DNA of 37,451 nucleotides from Patescibacteria group bacterium (GTDB lineage Bacteria; Patescibacteriota; Minisyncoccia; Phycocordibacterales; UBA9973), in NCBI GenBank assembly GCA_040388095.1, contig JAZKCM010000003.1, forward strand, positions 27,952-65,402, read 5' to 3'. This document shows, in pieces, positions 1 through 8,707 of the stretch. Both the position numbers and the translations under genes were made by a program. Every line of letters begins with the position of its first letter. The stretch's first letter is position 1. The notes beneath the pieces were generated by a model. The model was not told where the DNA came from. It worked only from the letters and a program-made list of their open reading frames with translations, and did not search any database.

Positions 1-1
1 A

Positions 2-1378
2 AAAAGATTCCACGTATTTCTAAAACACGAAAAAGAATTGGCAAATATGGATTATTTGTTCTTTTTTAATGCTAATTTGCTCGTATTAGAAAAAATTACT
101 CAGGAAGAATTTTTACCTATTAACAATGAGAATCTTGTTGCAGTATTACATCCAGGATTTTATGATAAAAATAGAGAAAAATTTACTTATGAAAACAATA
201 AAAAATCTACAGCATACATAGCACCACAAGAAGGAACACATTATTTTGCTGGTGGTCTTAACGGTGGTAAAACCACGATTTTTATCGATGCAATGAAAAA
301 AATGAAAGACAATACAGACATTGATGTACGAAATAATATCATAGCAAAATGGCATGATGAATCACATTGGAATAAATACATCGTAGGTAGAAATGATTTG
401 AAAATACTACAACCGGAATATCTTTACCCAGAAGGATGGGACTTGCCTTTTAAACAAAAAATATTAATACGAGATAAAAACAATTATGGTGGACATAATA
501 TGTTACGCAAAAAACAAGAAACAATAACTGATGTATTTATTAAAACAATAAGGAACTTAATCTCTAAGATTAAAAAAAATATTCCTGACTTGGGTAAGCT
601 TTTATTTTATAAACATAAAAAAGCATTAATTTTAGATAATGGAATAGAAATCATAAATAACAATTTACTCCTTACAACAATCGCTTTTAATAATCTTGAT
701 ATACTCAAAATACAATATCAGCAATTAAAGAAAAATTTAAAAGATGAATTTGTTTATATGATTGCTGATAATTCAAATATACTTTCTGTTTCAGAAGAAA
801 TAAAAAACTATTGTATAAATGAAAAAATACCCTATGTAAAACTTCCTCCAAACCCATATACAAACCCAAGCAAATCACACGGAATCGCCCTCAATTGGGT
901 TTATGAAAATGTAGTTAAAAAATATAATCCAAAGTATTTTGGATTCTTAGACCACGATATATTCCCCTACAAAGAAACATCTATAATTTCTCAAATAAAT
1001 GAAAACCTTTTTGGTTTAATACAAGAAAGAGAAAATAAATGGTATTTATGGGCTGGATTTTGTTTTTATGATTTTAAAAATCTAAAAAATGTTCCTCTAA
1101 ATTTTTTACCATCAAAAGGCCTAGACACTGGTGGATCAAATTATTACAGTTTATATAAAAATATAAATAAAAATAATTTAAGTAACATAGCTCAAATATA
1201 TATCGATACTAGTACAGAAAATAAAGTTCCAACAATAAATAATATAAATACAGCTACTACGATCGAATGCATAGGCGACTGGATACACCTTATGAGAGTT
1301 TCAAATTGGAATGAAGAGAAAAATAATAAAACTGATTCTATCGAAAATATAATTTCAATAGTACAAAAAACTCTATAA
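2..1378 (+). CDS. Family 6 glycosyltransferase (5'-truncated by window edge) fused to a second GT-A-like domain
   Basis: Frame is open from base 2 (KRFHVFLKHEKELANMDYLFFFNAN). GT6 hallmarks: FFNAN (NXN), LHPGFY, YFAGGLNGG, WHDESHWNKY. C-terminal half has SHGIALNW and GFLDHDIFP (DXD). Confidence 0.85.
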   Translation, partial: KRFHVFLKHEKELANMDYLFFFNANLLVLEKITQEEFLPINNENLVAVLHPGFYDKNREKFTYENNKKSTAYIAPQEGTHYFAGGLNGGKTTIFIDAMKKMKDNTDIDVRNNIIAKWHDESHWNKYIVGRNDLKILQPEYLYPEGWDLPFKQKILIRDKNNYGGHNMLRKKQETITDVFIKTIRNLISKIKKNIPDLGKLLFYKHKKALILDNGIEIINNNLLLTTIAFNNLDILKIQYQQLKKNLKDEFVYMIADNSNILSVSEEIKNYCINEKIPYVKLPPNPYTNPSKSHGIALNWVYENVVKKYNPKYFGFLDHDIFPYKETSIISQINENLFGLIQERENKWYLWAGFCFYDFKNLKNVPLNFLPSKGLDTGGSNYYSLYKNINKNNLSNIAQIYIDTSTENKVPTINNINTATTIECIGDWIHLMRVSNWNEEKNNKTDSIENIISIVQKTL

Positions 1379-1381
1379 GAG

Positions 1382-2212
1382 CTACCAATACTTTTGGTAT
1401 AATTTATACATTTTGTTAAATGAAAAACTAATAGGCAGTTTAGCAAAAAAACCATAAACGACTAAACGAGCGATAGAACGAATATATGCTTTAAAATATT
1501 TTGGGTATTGATTTTTAAAAGTTTTGATCACTTTAAAAATCTTTTTATACTGTTCTATTTTATTTTGAGCACTAATACTTGCATTGTGCAATTTAAACAT
1601 CACTGCATACGAAGGTATGTTTGCAAACTTACCATTTAAACCAAGCCGAAGCCACAGATCATAATCTTCTACGTGGCGTGTATTTATAGATTCATCATAA
1701 CCTCCTATTTGCATCACTTTATCTTTTTTAAAAAGAACACTAGAATGTATAAAACAATTTTTACTTAATATGTTTTTGCGAATTTCACTATCAGTTTGTG
1801 GTAATAAATACCTAAAAAGTTCTCGATTATTTTCATCAACAATAATAACTCCGGTACCCACCAAAACATACTCTGTATTTTTTTCTAAAAAAAGAATTTG
1901 TTCATTTAATTTATTTTGATCACACCAAACATCATCGTCATCGATGCGAGCGATATATTCCCCTTTTGCTTCTTTCAAACCTTTATTAAGAGTTTTTTGA
2001 ATGCCTAGGTTTACTTCATTTTTAATATATTTGATTCTGGCGTCTTTTTTTACAAAAATATCAACAATAGAGGCTGTATTGTCCTGTGAGCCATCGTCGA
2101 GCACCAAAAGCTCCCAATTACTGTATTTTTGGGCTAAAACGCTCTCTAGAGCCATTTCTATGCGCTGTGAGCCATTGTATGTAGGTAATATAATTGATAC
2201 TAATTTTTCCAT
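1382..2212 (-). CDS. Family 2 glycosyltransferase
   Basis: VSIILPTYN, LDDGSQD, YIARIDDDD and EDYDLWLR motifs. Confidence 0.93.
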   Translation of the reverse strand: MEKLVSIILPTYNGSQRIEMALESVLAQKYSNWELLVLDDGSQDNTASIVDIFVKKDARIKYIKNEVNLGIQKTLNKGLKEAKGEYIARIDDDDVWCDQNKLNEQILFLEKNTEYVLVGTGVIIVDENNRELFRYLLPQTDSEIRKNILSKNCFIHSSVLFKKDKVMQIGGYDESINTRHVEDYDLWLRLGLNGKFANIPSYAVMFKLHNASISAQNKIEQYKKIFKVIKTFKNQYPKYFKAYIRSIARLVVYGFFAKLPISFSFNKMYKLYQKYW

Positions 2213-2216
2213 ATTT

Positions 2217-3104
2217 TTATAATCTTATCCATTCTTTAGGTATTAAATCACTGGTATCTATTGAAGGATCAGTGAGCCATTTTTTCGGAGCAATAACCAC
2301 TTTTTCTTTTGCATTACCAAGCCATGCTCCCCACCAAGAAAAACTACTATTTGCCATAATAAAATGTTTACAAGCGCTCATCAGCGTAACAGTTTCAGCC
2401 AAGTTTATATCATTTTCAATATATATTGTCGGGTAATTAAATTTTACATTTTGTTTACACCAATCAATATCATCTCTATCAAAAACATAAATGCAGTCTA
2501 TTTTTCCATTTTTAGAAATTATATCTAGAGCATTTTTATAATATGTTTCATCTAAAACTGAATAATATTTATTACCAAGAGTATCTACAGTAAGATAATC
2601 CCCTCTTCGAATATGAACACAGACAGAATTTTGTGATTCTATTTTTGAAATAAATTGTTTCATTTTTTCAGAATAATTCTTTAATGTAAAATCTTTACGA
2701 AGAATATCTTTAATTTCTAAAAAATATTTCTGATTTTGCCACCATCCTTCGAGATATGCATTTGATCCAAGGTTCATTATTTTAGAATCAAAAAAATAAT
2801 TTTTCTTTTCTTTTCCTGGTGTATTTATAAACTTTCTTCTAATAAAATCAATATAACGTATAAATATTCCTAATGAATATTTTCTATATAAAAATGGTAT
2901 GTCTTTTTTTGAAACAATGTCTGCTTGAATATTAAAGTCACCAAGATTATAGTCACGGAAAGTAAAGTTTGGTATTGGAGTACGGTCCAAAAGAAAAGTT
3001 AAGTCAAGACCTAATTCTGTATTATTTTTTATCGACAAAGCTCGCCCTAATGCGTATTGAAACATTTGGTTACCCATTCCTCCTTGTAATCTGACAATAA
3101 TCAT
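2217..3104 (-). CDS. Alpha-1,2-fucosyltransferase (GT11)
   Basis: GGMGNQMFQYA, HIRRGDY (GDP-fucose binding) and NSSFSWWGAWL motifs. Confidence 0.93.
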   Translation of the reverse strand: MIIVRLQGGMGNQMFQYALGRALSIKNNTELGLDLTFLLDRTPIPNFTFRDYNLGDFNIQADIVSKKDIPFLYRKYSLGIFIRYIDFIRRKFINTPGKEKKNYFFDSKIMNLGSNAYLEGWWQNQKYFLEIKDILRKDFTLKNYSEKMKQFISKIESQNSVCVHIRRGDYLTVDTLGNKYYSVLDETYYKNALDIISKNGKIDCIYVFDRDDIDWCKQNVKFNYPTIYIENDINLAETVTLMSACKHFIMANSSFSWWGAWLGNAKEKVVIAPKKWLTDPSIDTSDLIPKEWIRL

Positions 3105-3111
3105 AACTTTT

Positions 3112-4002
3112 TTATTTTTTTAAATCCAAAATACCCTCTTCTAAAGTAATCTTTGGTGACCAGTCGAGAAGTTCTTTTGCTTTTAATATACTTGCCTCTG
3201 TAGCATATGGCTCAATTCTTTTTTCAATATATACAACTTCCCCACCGATAAGCTCTGCAATTTTATTTATAGAATATGTTTCATCTGTACCGATATTTAT
3301 TACTTCACCACGACCAACATTTTCTATTTTCATAGCCATAATGTTAGCACGAGCAATATCGGTAACATGTATAAAACTACGAGTTTGATTCCCATCCCCT
3401 GTTATCGTCAGAGGTTTACCTTGTTTATACAAATCTACAAACTTCGCAACAACACAAGGATACGCACCATCGACACTCTGTCTTGGGCCATAAACATTAA
3501 AATAACGAAGTGAGACTGTTTCAATACCATATAAATCTGCCCACAACTTACAATACACTTCACCAATATATTTATGAGCACCATATGGAGAAAGTGGCAT
3601 TGCATTCATTGTTTCCACTAAAGGCAAAGTATCTTGATTGCCATATGCAGCACTTGATGCTGCAAAAATAACTCTTTTAACTCCACTCAAACGTGAAGCT
3701 TCGAGTACATTGAGTAAACCAGTAACATTAATGTCGTGAGTTTCTATGGGATTCTCTATTGAATACTGCACTTGTGGCATTGCTGCTTCATGAAAAACAT
3801 ATTTCATGTCCTTAAAGATTTCTATCAATTTTTCTTTATCTCTGATATCTACATTATGGAAAATTGCTTTGGCATTAATATTTTCCATTTTCCCTGCTGA
3901 CAAATTATCAATAATATGTACTTCATAACCGAGCTCAACTAAAGCATCTACAATATGAGATCCTATAAAACCAGCTCCGCCTGTGACAATAATTTTTTCC
4001 AT
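3112..4002 (-). CDS. NAD-dependent nucleotide-sugar epimerase/dehydratase (extended SDR, probably UDP-Glc(NAc) 4-epimerase-like)
   Basis: TGGAGFIG, SSAAYG, YGAHK (YxxxK) and LRYFNVYGPRQ. Start moved to ATG at 4002 (MEKIIVTGG), just after the upstream stop at 4007. Confidence 0.9.
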   Translation of the reverse strand: MEKIIVTGGAGFIGSHIVDALVELGYEVHIIDNLSAGKMENINAKAIFHNVDIRDKEKLIEIFKDMKYVFHEAAMPQVQYSIENPIETHDINVTGLLNVLEASRLSGVKRVIFAASSAAYGNQDTLPLVETMNAMPLSPYGAHKYIGEVYCKLWADLYGIETVSLRYFNVYGPRQSVDGAYPCVVAKFVDLYKQGKPLTITGDGNQTRSFIHVTDIARANIMAMKIENVGRGEVINIGTDETYSINKIAELIGGEVVYIEKRIEPYATEASILKAKELLDWSPKITLEEGILDLKK

Positions 4003-4006
4003 ATAA

Positions 4007-6019
4007 TTATAGTTTAAAATTAGGTATATCTTTTTGCGCCTGATCGACTGCTTCTTTATAAAGTTTGTCATCCCCTTTATTCTTTGCAAAATTAATAAAG
4101 AATGTATGCGATACAGGAATACTTGGATCTAGTGCTATAGCGTCTCTATACGCTTTTTCAGCACTATTTAAATCCGTAGTCCAAGAATACACTTGGGCTA
4201 TTCTCCAATATACTTCTGGATTAGTTGGTGAAATGACAAGGATATGATCTAAAATTTCAAGAATGTGTTTTCGTGTATTTTCATCATTTGGTGTATCAGA
4301 TAAATACGCTTTTGTATTATATAAATCAACAATAGAGATATTTAACCTATAATCACTAGGGTTTTCATTCCTAACAACCTCAAGGTATTTCAAAAAGTTA
4401 TCTAAATCTTTTAAGATGTATGGCAGAACTTGTTTATTATTTTTTATTGCCACAGCATTTTTAAAAAGTGAACCAAATGTATCGTGTGCCAAACCGCCAA
4501 TATCCCATACATCTCCGACAACAGATCGACCTTCAAGTTCACTAAAAGGTTTATTGATCTGCTTACTAAAAACCCTCCCTATAGTATCGAGTTTTTTATA
4601 AGGTCGATATAAGAAATAAATAAAAGAAATAATACACAAAATAACAAGTACTCCAGCTATAAGATTTTTGGCATACCCATCAGTTATTTTAAACTTATTA
4701 TTTTCTATCGAATTATTTTGTAATCCAAAAACAATTCCTATAAATGAGAATAAAACCATAAAAGATAAAACTGAATCAAAGAAAAATAGATTTTGAAATA
4801 CATACCCTACAACTAATCCAAAAAACAATGAGGCTTGCAAGGTGGTCAATATTTCTTTTTCTTTTAATTTATACAAACAAAATAGTATCGAGAGAATAAA
4901 AATAAGATAAAAGATAATTGCTGGATACCCCGCAGAAGCACCAATGTCATAATAAATATTGTGAAATCGATCTGCATATCCTTCATAGTTATATTCAGCA
5001 AGTAACATTTTTGGATTAAAGTGTGCTTGAAATGCAATTGCCTGATTTTCAGGACCATAACCAAACCACGGATGATCATTCATTGCTTTCTGAGCAGCAT
5101 CTCCTAAGATAAAACGTGTACCTGAAGCTACTTGTGTAAATTTTTGATGTAGAAATGTATTAGGTGTCACAAGCTGTTTCCAACCAAATGCAAATACGAT
5201 AAGACTAAGAACAATACCGACAATACCTAAAGTACGAAGTATTTTCTTCTTTGATAAAGATAAGAGCCCTAATCCAGTCGAACCAACACCAACAATAATA
5301 CCGAGTAATGCTCCACGAGCATTACCAAGTAAACTTCCCCCATTAAATAAACCATACACATTTATAAAAATTGGAGAGAAAATAATTGTAGCTAATGCTA
5401 TGCTTATCAATATTTTTGTTTTTTTAGATATTTCTTTTACCGTCAAAAGAAATATTCCAAATACAAATACGAACATCAAGTATGCGGCTGCTACTGAGGA
5501 GTTCCCTGTAAGTCCTCCACCTCCATCTGTTCGTAAAAATTTATAAGGTAAATTAAATCCTCCTGAACCAAACCATAACGACAAAGATAAAACAAAACCA
5601 CCAGCGACAAAATATTGCAAAAGTTTTTGTATATATTCTTTACCATCGCGGTAAACAAGTGAAGCAATAATGAAAGCAAAAAGTAAAGAATGGTAGAGCG
5701 TGAGCAATCCTGTACCTCGTGAAAGTGTAGACCAAAATGAAAGATTAACATCAACAGCCAGTATTCCAGCAAGAGTCATCCAAATTAAAAAACCAATAAC
5801 TGGTAAGAAATACAGTATATTTTTCTTTGGTAAACGATACGATGGATCGACAAATAAAGTGTACAAGAGAACACTTATCAGAATATCGACAACTCCATAG
5901 AAAAAAAATGGTTTTGAAGAAATATGGGGATATATTCTACTTCCGACATAGATAAGAGGTAAAATAAACACTAAAAAATAAGTACCGTATTTCAAAATAT
6001 TTTTACGAAATAAATCCAT
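4007..6019 (-). CDS. O-antigen ligase/Wzy_C-family polytopic membrane protein with C-terminal TPR-like region
   Basis: About 12 hydrophobic segments; ARGALLG, HPWFGYGPEN and DRFHNIY motifs; TPR-like tail (SPTNPEVYWRIAQVY...AIALDP). Start taken at ATG 6019, 6 nt after a TATAAT. Confidence 0.82.
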   Translation of the reverse strand: MDLFRKNILKYGTYFLVFILPLIYVGSRIYPHISSKPFFFYGVVDILISVLLYTLFVDPSYRLPKKNILYFLPVIGFLIWMTLAGILAVDVNLSFWSTLSRGTGLLTLYHSLLFAFIIASLVYRDGKEYIQKLLQYFVAGGFVLSLSLWFGSGGFNLPYKFLRTDGGGGLTGNSSVAAAYLMFVFVFGIFLLTVKEISKKTKILISIALATIIFSPIFINVYGLFNGGSLLGNARGALLGIIVGVGSTGLGLLSLSKKKILRTLGIVGIVLSLIVFAFGWKQLVTPNTFLHQKFTQVASGTRFILGDAAQKAMNDHPWFGYGPENQAIAFQAHFNPKMLLAEYNYEGYADRFHNIYYDIGASAGYPAIIFYLIFILSILFCLYKLKEKEILTTLQASLFFGLVVGYVFQNLFFFDSVLSFMVLFSFIGIVFGLQNNSIENNKFKITDGYAKNLIAGVLVILCIISFIYFLYRPYKKLDTIGRVFSKQINKPFSELEGRSVVGDVWDIGGLAHDTFGSLFKNAVAIKNNKQVLPYILKDLDNFLKYLEVVRNENPSDYRLNISIVDLYNTKAYLSDTPNDENTRKHILEILDHILVISPTNPEVYWRIAQVYSWTTDLNSAEKAYRDAIALDPSIPVSHTFFINFAKNKGDDKLYKEAVDQAQKDIPNFKL

Positions 6020-6046
6020 AAAAGCATTATACCGTAAAAATATAAA

Positions 6047-6080
6047 ACAAAAAAGCACTCATTTCTGAGTGCTTTTTTGT
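6047..6080 (-). terminator. Intrinsic terminator after the surface-protein gene
   Basis: Perfect 15-bp inverted repeat ACAAAAAAGCACTCA/TGAGTGCTTTTTTGT. On the minus strand it has a GAAA loop followed by U6. Confidence 0.88.
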
Positions 6081-6123
6081 GGTTCGCAGTTTTCCTTCTG
6101 TTTAGATTGCTATATCAGTAAGG

Positions 6124-8205
6124 TTAGTTATTGATATATACAGCGTTAGTTCTAAATGCGTCTACAGGTAACAATGTGTTTACCGCAGAACCTAAGCCAA
6201 GACCAGCATCAGTAAATGTCTGGACTGTCTTAAGTTGTACACGGTAGTAAGTGTTAAGTGTAAGAGGACCAGTTAGAGTAACGTTTACATGGAAGTGCTT
6301 AGATGTTCCTGAAGGGAGCATAAAGCCTGTTCCTAGAGCGTTAGCAGTAGCATCGTCACTTATGATAGTGTGTGATGCTGTACTTGTCCAGTCATTTCCA
6401 TATGAACCTGAAGCTGCGTTTTGGAATACGAATGCAACTGCACCAGAACCTGTTGATGTAACAGCTTCTTGTGTTGATTGACCGATGTATGCATCGTTAC
6501 CGAAAGCAGTGATTGTCAATGGAATACTGTATGAAACTGATGTGATATCACCGTTTGAAGCAACAGTTGTTGAAGTAACAACAGAGCCCATAACTGTGTT
6601 AACACCATTTTCACGTAATGTCATAACATTACCAATAGCTGAACCAACACGTAGTGTTGAACTACCTGCTGTTAATTGATCACCATTTTGATCTTGTACA
6701 GAGAAGTCAACAGCGTCTAATACGTCAGCATTAACTACTGAAGCTACGATTGTTGCACCGTCTGAATAAGAACCAGCTGTCTTTGATTTAAGATCAGCTA
6801 CAACACTGAATTCTACTGTAGAACCAGCAGTGATTGTTTGTGATGACAAGTTAACGAATTTGTAAGCAGTGTTAGTAGCACCAGATGTAGTTGCTGTATC
6901 AGTAGAAGCACCAGTTGTGAATGTATAACCGTTTGAACCATCAACTGAATCAACTAAATCAGAACCTCTGTAAAGTTTCAATGTGTTGATGATAGCAGAA
7001 CCGTTAGCACCTACTGTTGTAACCTGAACAGGAACTTTTCTCAAAGTTAAGTCTGTATTTGTAGCTTTAACTGTGAATTTAAGTAATGTTTGTCCGTTTG
7101 TTGCTGAAGTGTTTCCAACTGATACGATAGCAGCAGATGGATTACTTGAAGAAATACCAACTGTAGCTTTGATACCGTTTGAAACAAACTTACCAAACAA
7201 TAATCCTGTTTGTGTAATAGCACTTGAATCATATGTATCATATGAACCGTCTGGTGATGAAGCACTTATACCTCCTGCTGTGAAAGCAACTGTCCAGTTA
7301 GCATTAGTTGCATCAGATGAATCTAATGATCCGTTAGCATTAACAGAAACATAGAAACGGCCGATAGTGTCTTTTGCTATTGGAGCGTTTAAGCCAGAGA
7401 AGTTAAATGTGTATGTATCAGATGATGTAGCACGGTCAGCATCGTTAACTGACATTGTTGCTAACTTTGTAGAACCCATCCATAGTGAAGCACTAGAGAT
7501 GTATTTTCCAAGGTTAGTTGAGCCAGTACCTGCGTTTACAAAAGTAACACGTACGCGGTTAACATTTTGTGAAGACAAGCGAGCTGTTGCACGGAAACCA
7601 GCGACAACTTTGTCTGTTTCTGATTCGTACACTGTTGAAACACGGTTTGTTGAATCAGCAGCAAAATCAGCTAAGTAGCCGTTTGTACCACTAACAACAG
7701 TAGTTGATGTACATGGCTGGCCAGTTGTAACACTGAAACCTGCTGCTGTAGCACAACCTGCTGGTAATACAGCACCTGCACCATTACATGGCATACCAGT
7801 AGTCATACTGAAGCCTGCAGCTGAAGCACAGCCTGCTGGGAAGTTTCCAGAAACGTTTCCGCGAGCTACGAGAGCTGCACGTGACATAGGTCCGAAAACT
7901 CCGTCAGCTGTAAGGCCGAGGTTAGCTTGCATACTCATAACTGCTGCTTTTGTAGCGTTTCCGAAGTATGTTGTTTCCATACCTGGAGATCCTGCACTAA
8001 CACCGTCAACATGGAAACCTTTTTCATTAAGCATCTGTTGTAGACACATAACTTGACTGTTTCTCATGCCATACTTCAAGGTTATAGTGAAAGTTGAACA
8101 ATTAGCTGCGCTAACAGGATTTGCCTTAACAGCAAAAACTCCAACGAACATAACTGCAACAACCATCATTCCAAGAAGGAATTTTGATTTGAATAATTTA
8201 CTCAT
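6124..8205 (-). CDS. Large secreted Ser/Thr/Gly-rich surface (S-layer-like) protein with N-terminal peptidoglycan-binding domain
   Basis: Signal peptide; PG_binding_1-like segment (LKYGMRNSQVMCLQQML...YFGNATKAAV...LTADGVFGPMSRAAL); Cys repeats; long beta-rich body; codon usage visibly skewed as in highly expressed genes. Confidence 0.8.
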   Translation of the reverse strand: MSKLFKSKFLLGMMVVAVMFVGVFAVKANPVSAANCSTFTITLKYGMRNSQVMCLQQMLNEKGFHVDGVSAGSPGMETTYFGNATKAAVMSMQANLGLTADGVFGPMSRAALVARGNVSGNFPAGCASAAGFSMTTGMPCNGAGAVLPAGCATAAGFSVTTGQPCTSTTVVSGTNGYLADFAADSTNRVSTVYESETDKVVAGFRATARLSSQNVNRVRVTFVNAGTGSTNLGKYISSASLWMGSTKLATMSVNDADRATSSDTYTFNFSGLNAPIAKDTIGRFYVSVNANGSLDSSDATNANWTVAFTAGGISASSPDGSYDTYDSSAITQTGLLFGKFVSNGIKATVGISSSNPSAAIVSVGNTSATNGQTLLKFTVKATNTDLTLRKVPVQVTTVGANGSAIINTLKLYRGSDLVDSVDGSNGYTFTTGASTDTATTSGATNTAYKFVNLSSQTITAGSTVEFSVVADLKSKTAGSYSDGATIVASVVNADVLDAVDFSVQDQNGDQLTAGSSTLRVGSAIGNVMTLRENGVNTVMGSVVTSTTVASNGDITSVSYSIPLTITAFGNDAYIGQSTQEAVTSTGSGAVAFVFQNAASGSYGNDWTSTASHTIISDDATANALGTGFMLPSGTSKHFHVNVTLTGPLTLNTYYRVQLKTVQTFTDAGLGLGSAVNTLLPVDAFRTNAVYINN
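7711..7842 (-). repeat. Two tandem Cys-bracketed peptide repeats (75-bp period)
   Basis: FPAGCASAAGFSMTTGMPC (7842-7786) and LPAGCATAAGFSVTTGQPC (7767-7711). Confidence 0.85.
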
Positions 8206-8596
8206 AAAGTTATTTTTAATTTCTGCTCAGTAACTTTTTATTTTTAATTTATAAAAATTACTAATCAGGTTCGTGCAATCATTAATTAGTTTCGACAAAA
8301 CTAAGAACTGCACAATTTTTCTATCACTACTTTTTGTCAGCTTTTTAACGAAGACAATAAACTAGTGGACAGATATAAACGAAAACATTTCTATCTTACG
8401 ACAGACCCGCTTTTTAAAGGCGGAGAAAACTAAACATTTTTCTTACAGGATTTATTAAATTCTGTAAAAATTACTATTTAATTTTCAATGATCTTTCCTT
8501 GTTTCTACTTGAGATTCTTTCGACAAAATCTCCAGCAAAAACAAATACAGATTGTTAATACAATGAAGACGTATAAAATACGCAAATCATATTAAC
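8206..8596 (-). ncRNA. Putative long structured 5' leader RNA
   Basis: No ORF listed in the track. About 8 consecutive hairpins (8554-8596, 8499-8544, 8443-8467, 8407-8423, 8371-8396, 8325-8367, 8273-8313, 8223-8268) start right after a sigma70 promoter. Confidence 0.6.
8482..8493 (-). promoter_or_regulatory. boxA-like antitermination sequence
   Basis: Minus strand GATCATTGAAAA, unpaired, 5 nt after a long hairpin; resembles rrn boxA (GWTCTTTGAAAA type). Confidence 0.45.
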
Positions 8597-8602
8597 TTTT
8601 TT

Positions 8603-8631
8603 ATTATAATCCCTACTCCATAAGAGAGCAA
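8603..8631 (-). promoter_or_regulatory. Sigma70-type promoter P2 of the surface-protein gene
   Basis: TTGCTC (8631-8626), 17-bp spacer, TATAAT (8608-8603). Confidence 0.7.
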
Positions 8632-8638
8632 AATTATA

Positions 8639-8647
8639 TGTGGATAA
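8639..8647 (-). promoter_or_regulatory. Perfect DnaA box
   Basis: Plus strand TGTGGATAA equals TTATCCACA on the minus strand; lies between the two promoters. Confidence 0.6.
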
Positions 8648-8678
8648 CTTGAGATTTTGGCTCAAATTCCACTCCTTT

Positions 8679-8707
8679 ATACTAGCAAATTTTTGTATAA
8701 AAAGCAA
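8679..8707 (-). promoter_or_regulatory. Sigma70-type promoter P1 (extended -10)
   Basis: TTGCTT (8707-8702), 17-bp spacer, TGcTAGTAT (hexamer 8684-8679). Confidence 0.55.

Noticed and set aside
4003-4089. Extended N termini from the ORF track (epimerase 4089; also 6058, 9622 and 35529)
   Set aside because: They overlap upstream genes, terminators or promoter elements. Downstream ATGs fit the domain starts and promoter spacing better.
8206-8596. RNase P RNA, tmRNA, tRNA or T-box identity for the structured region
   Set aside because: AAGGAAAGAUC only loosely resembles the RNase P GAGGAAAGUC. No matching 3' P4 strand, tRNA-like ends or T-box motif were found.
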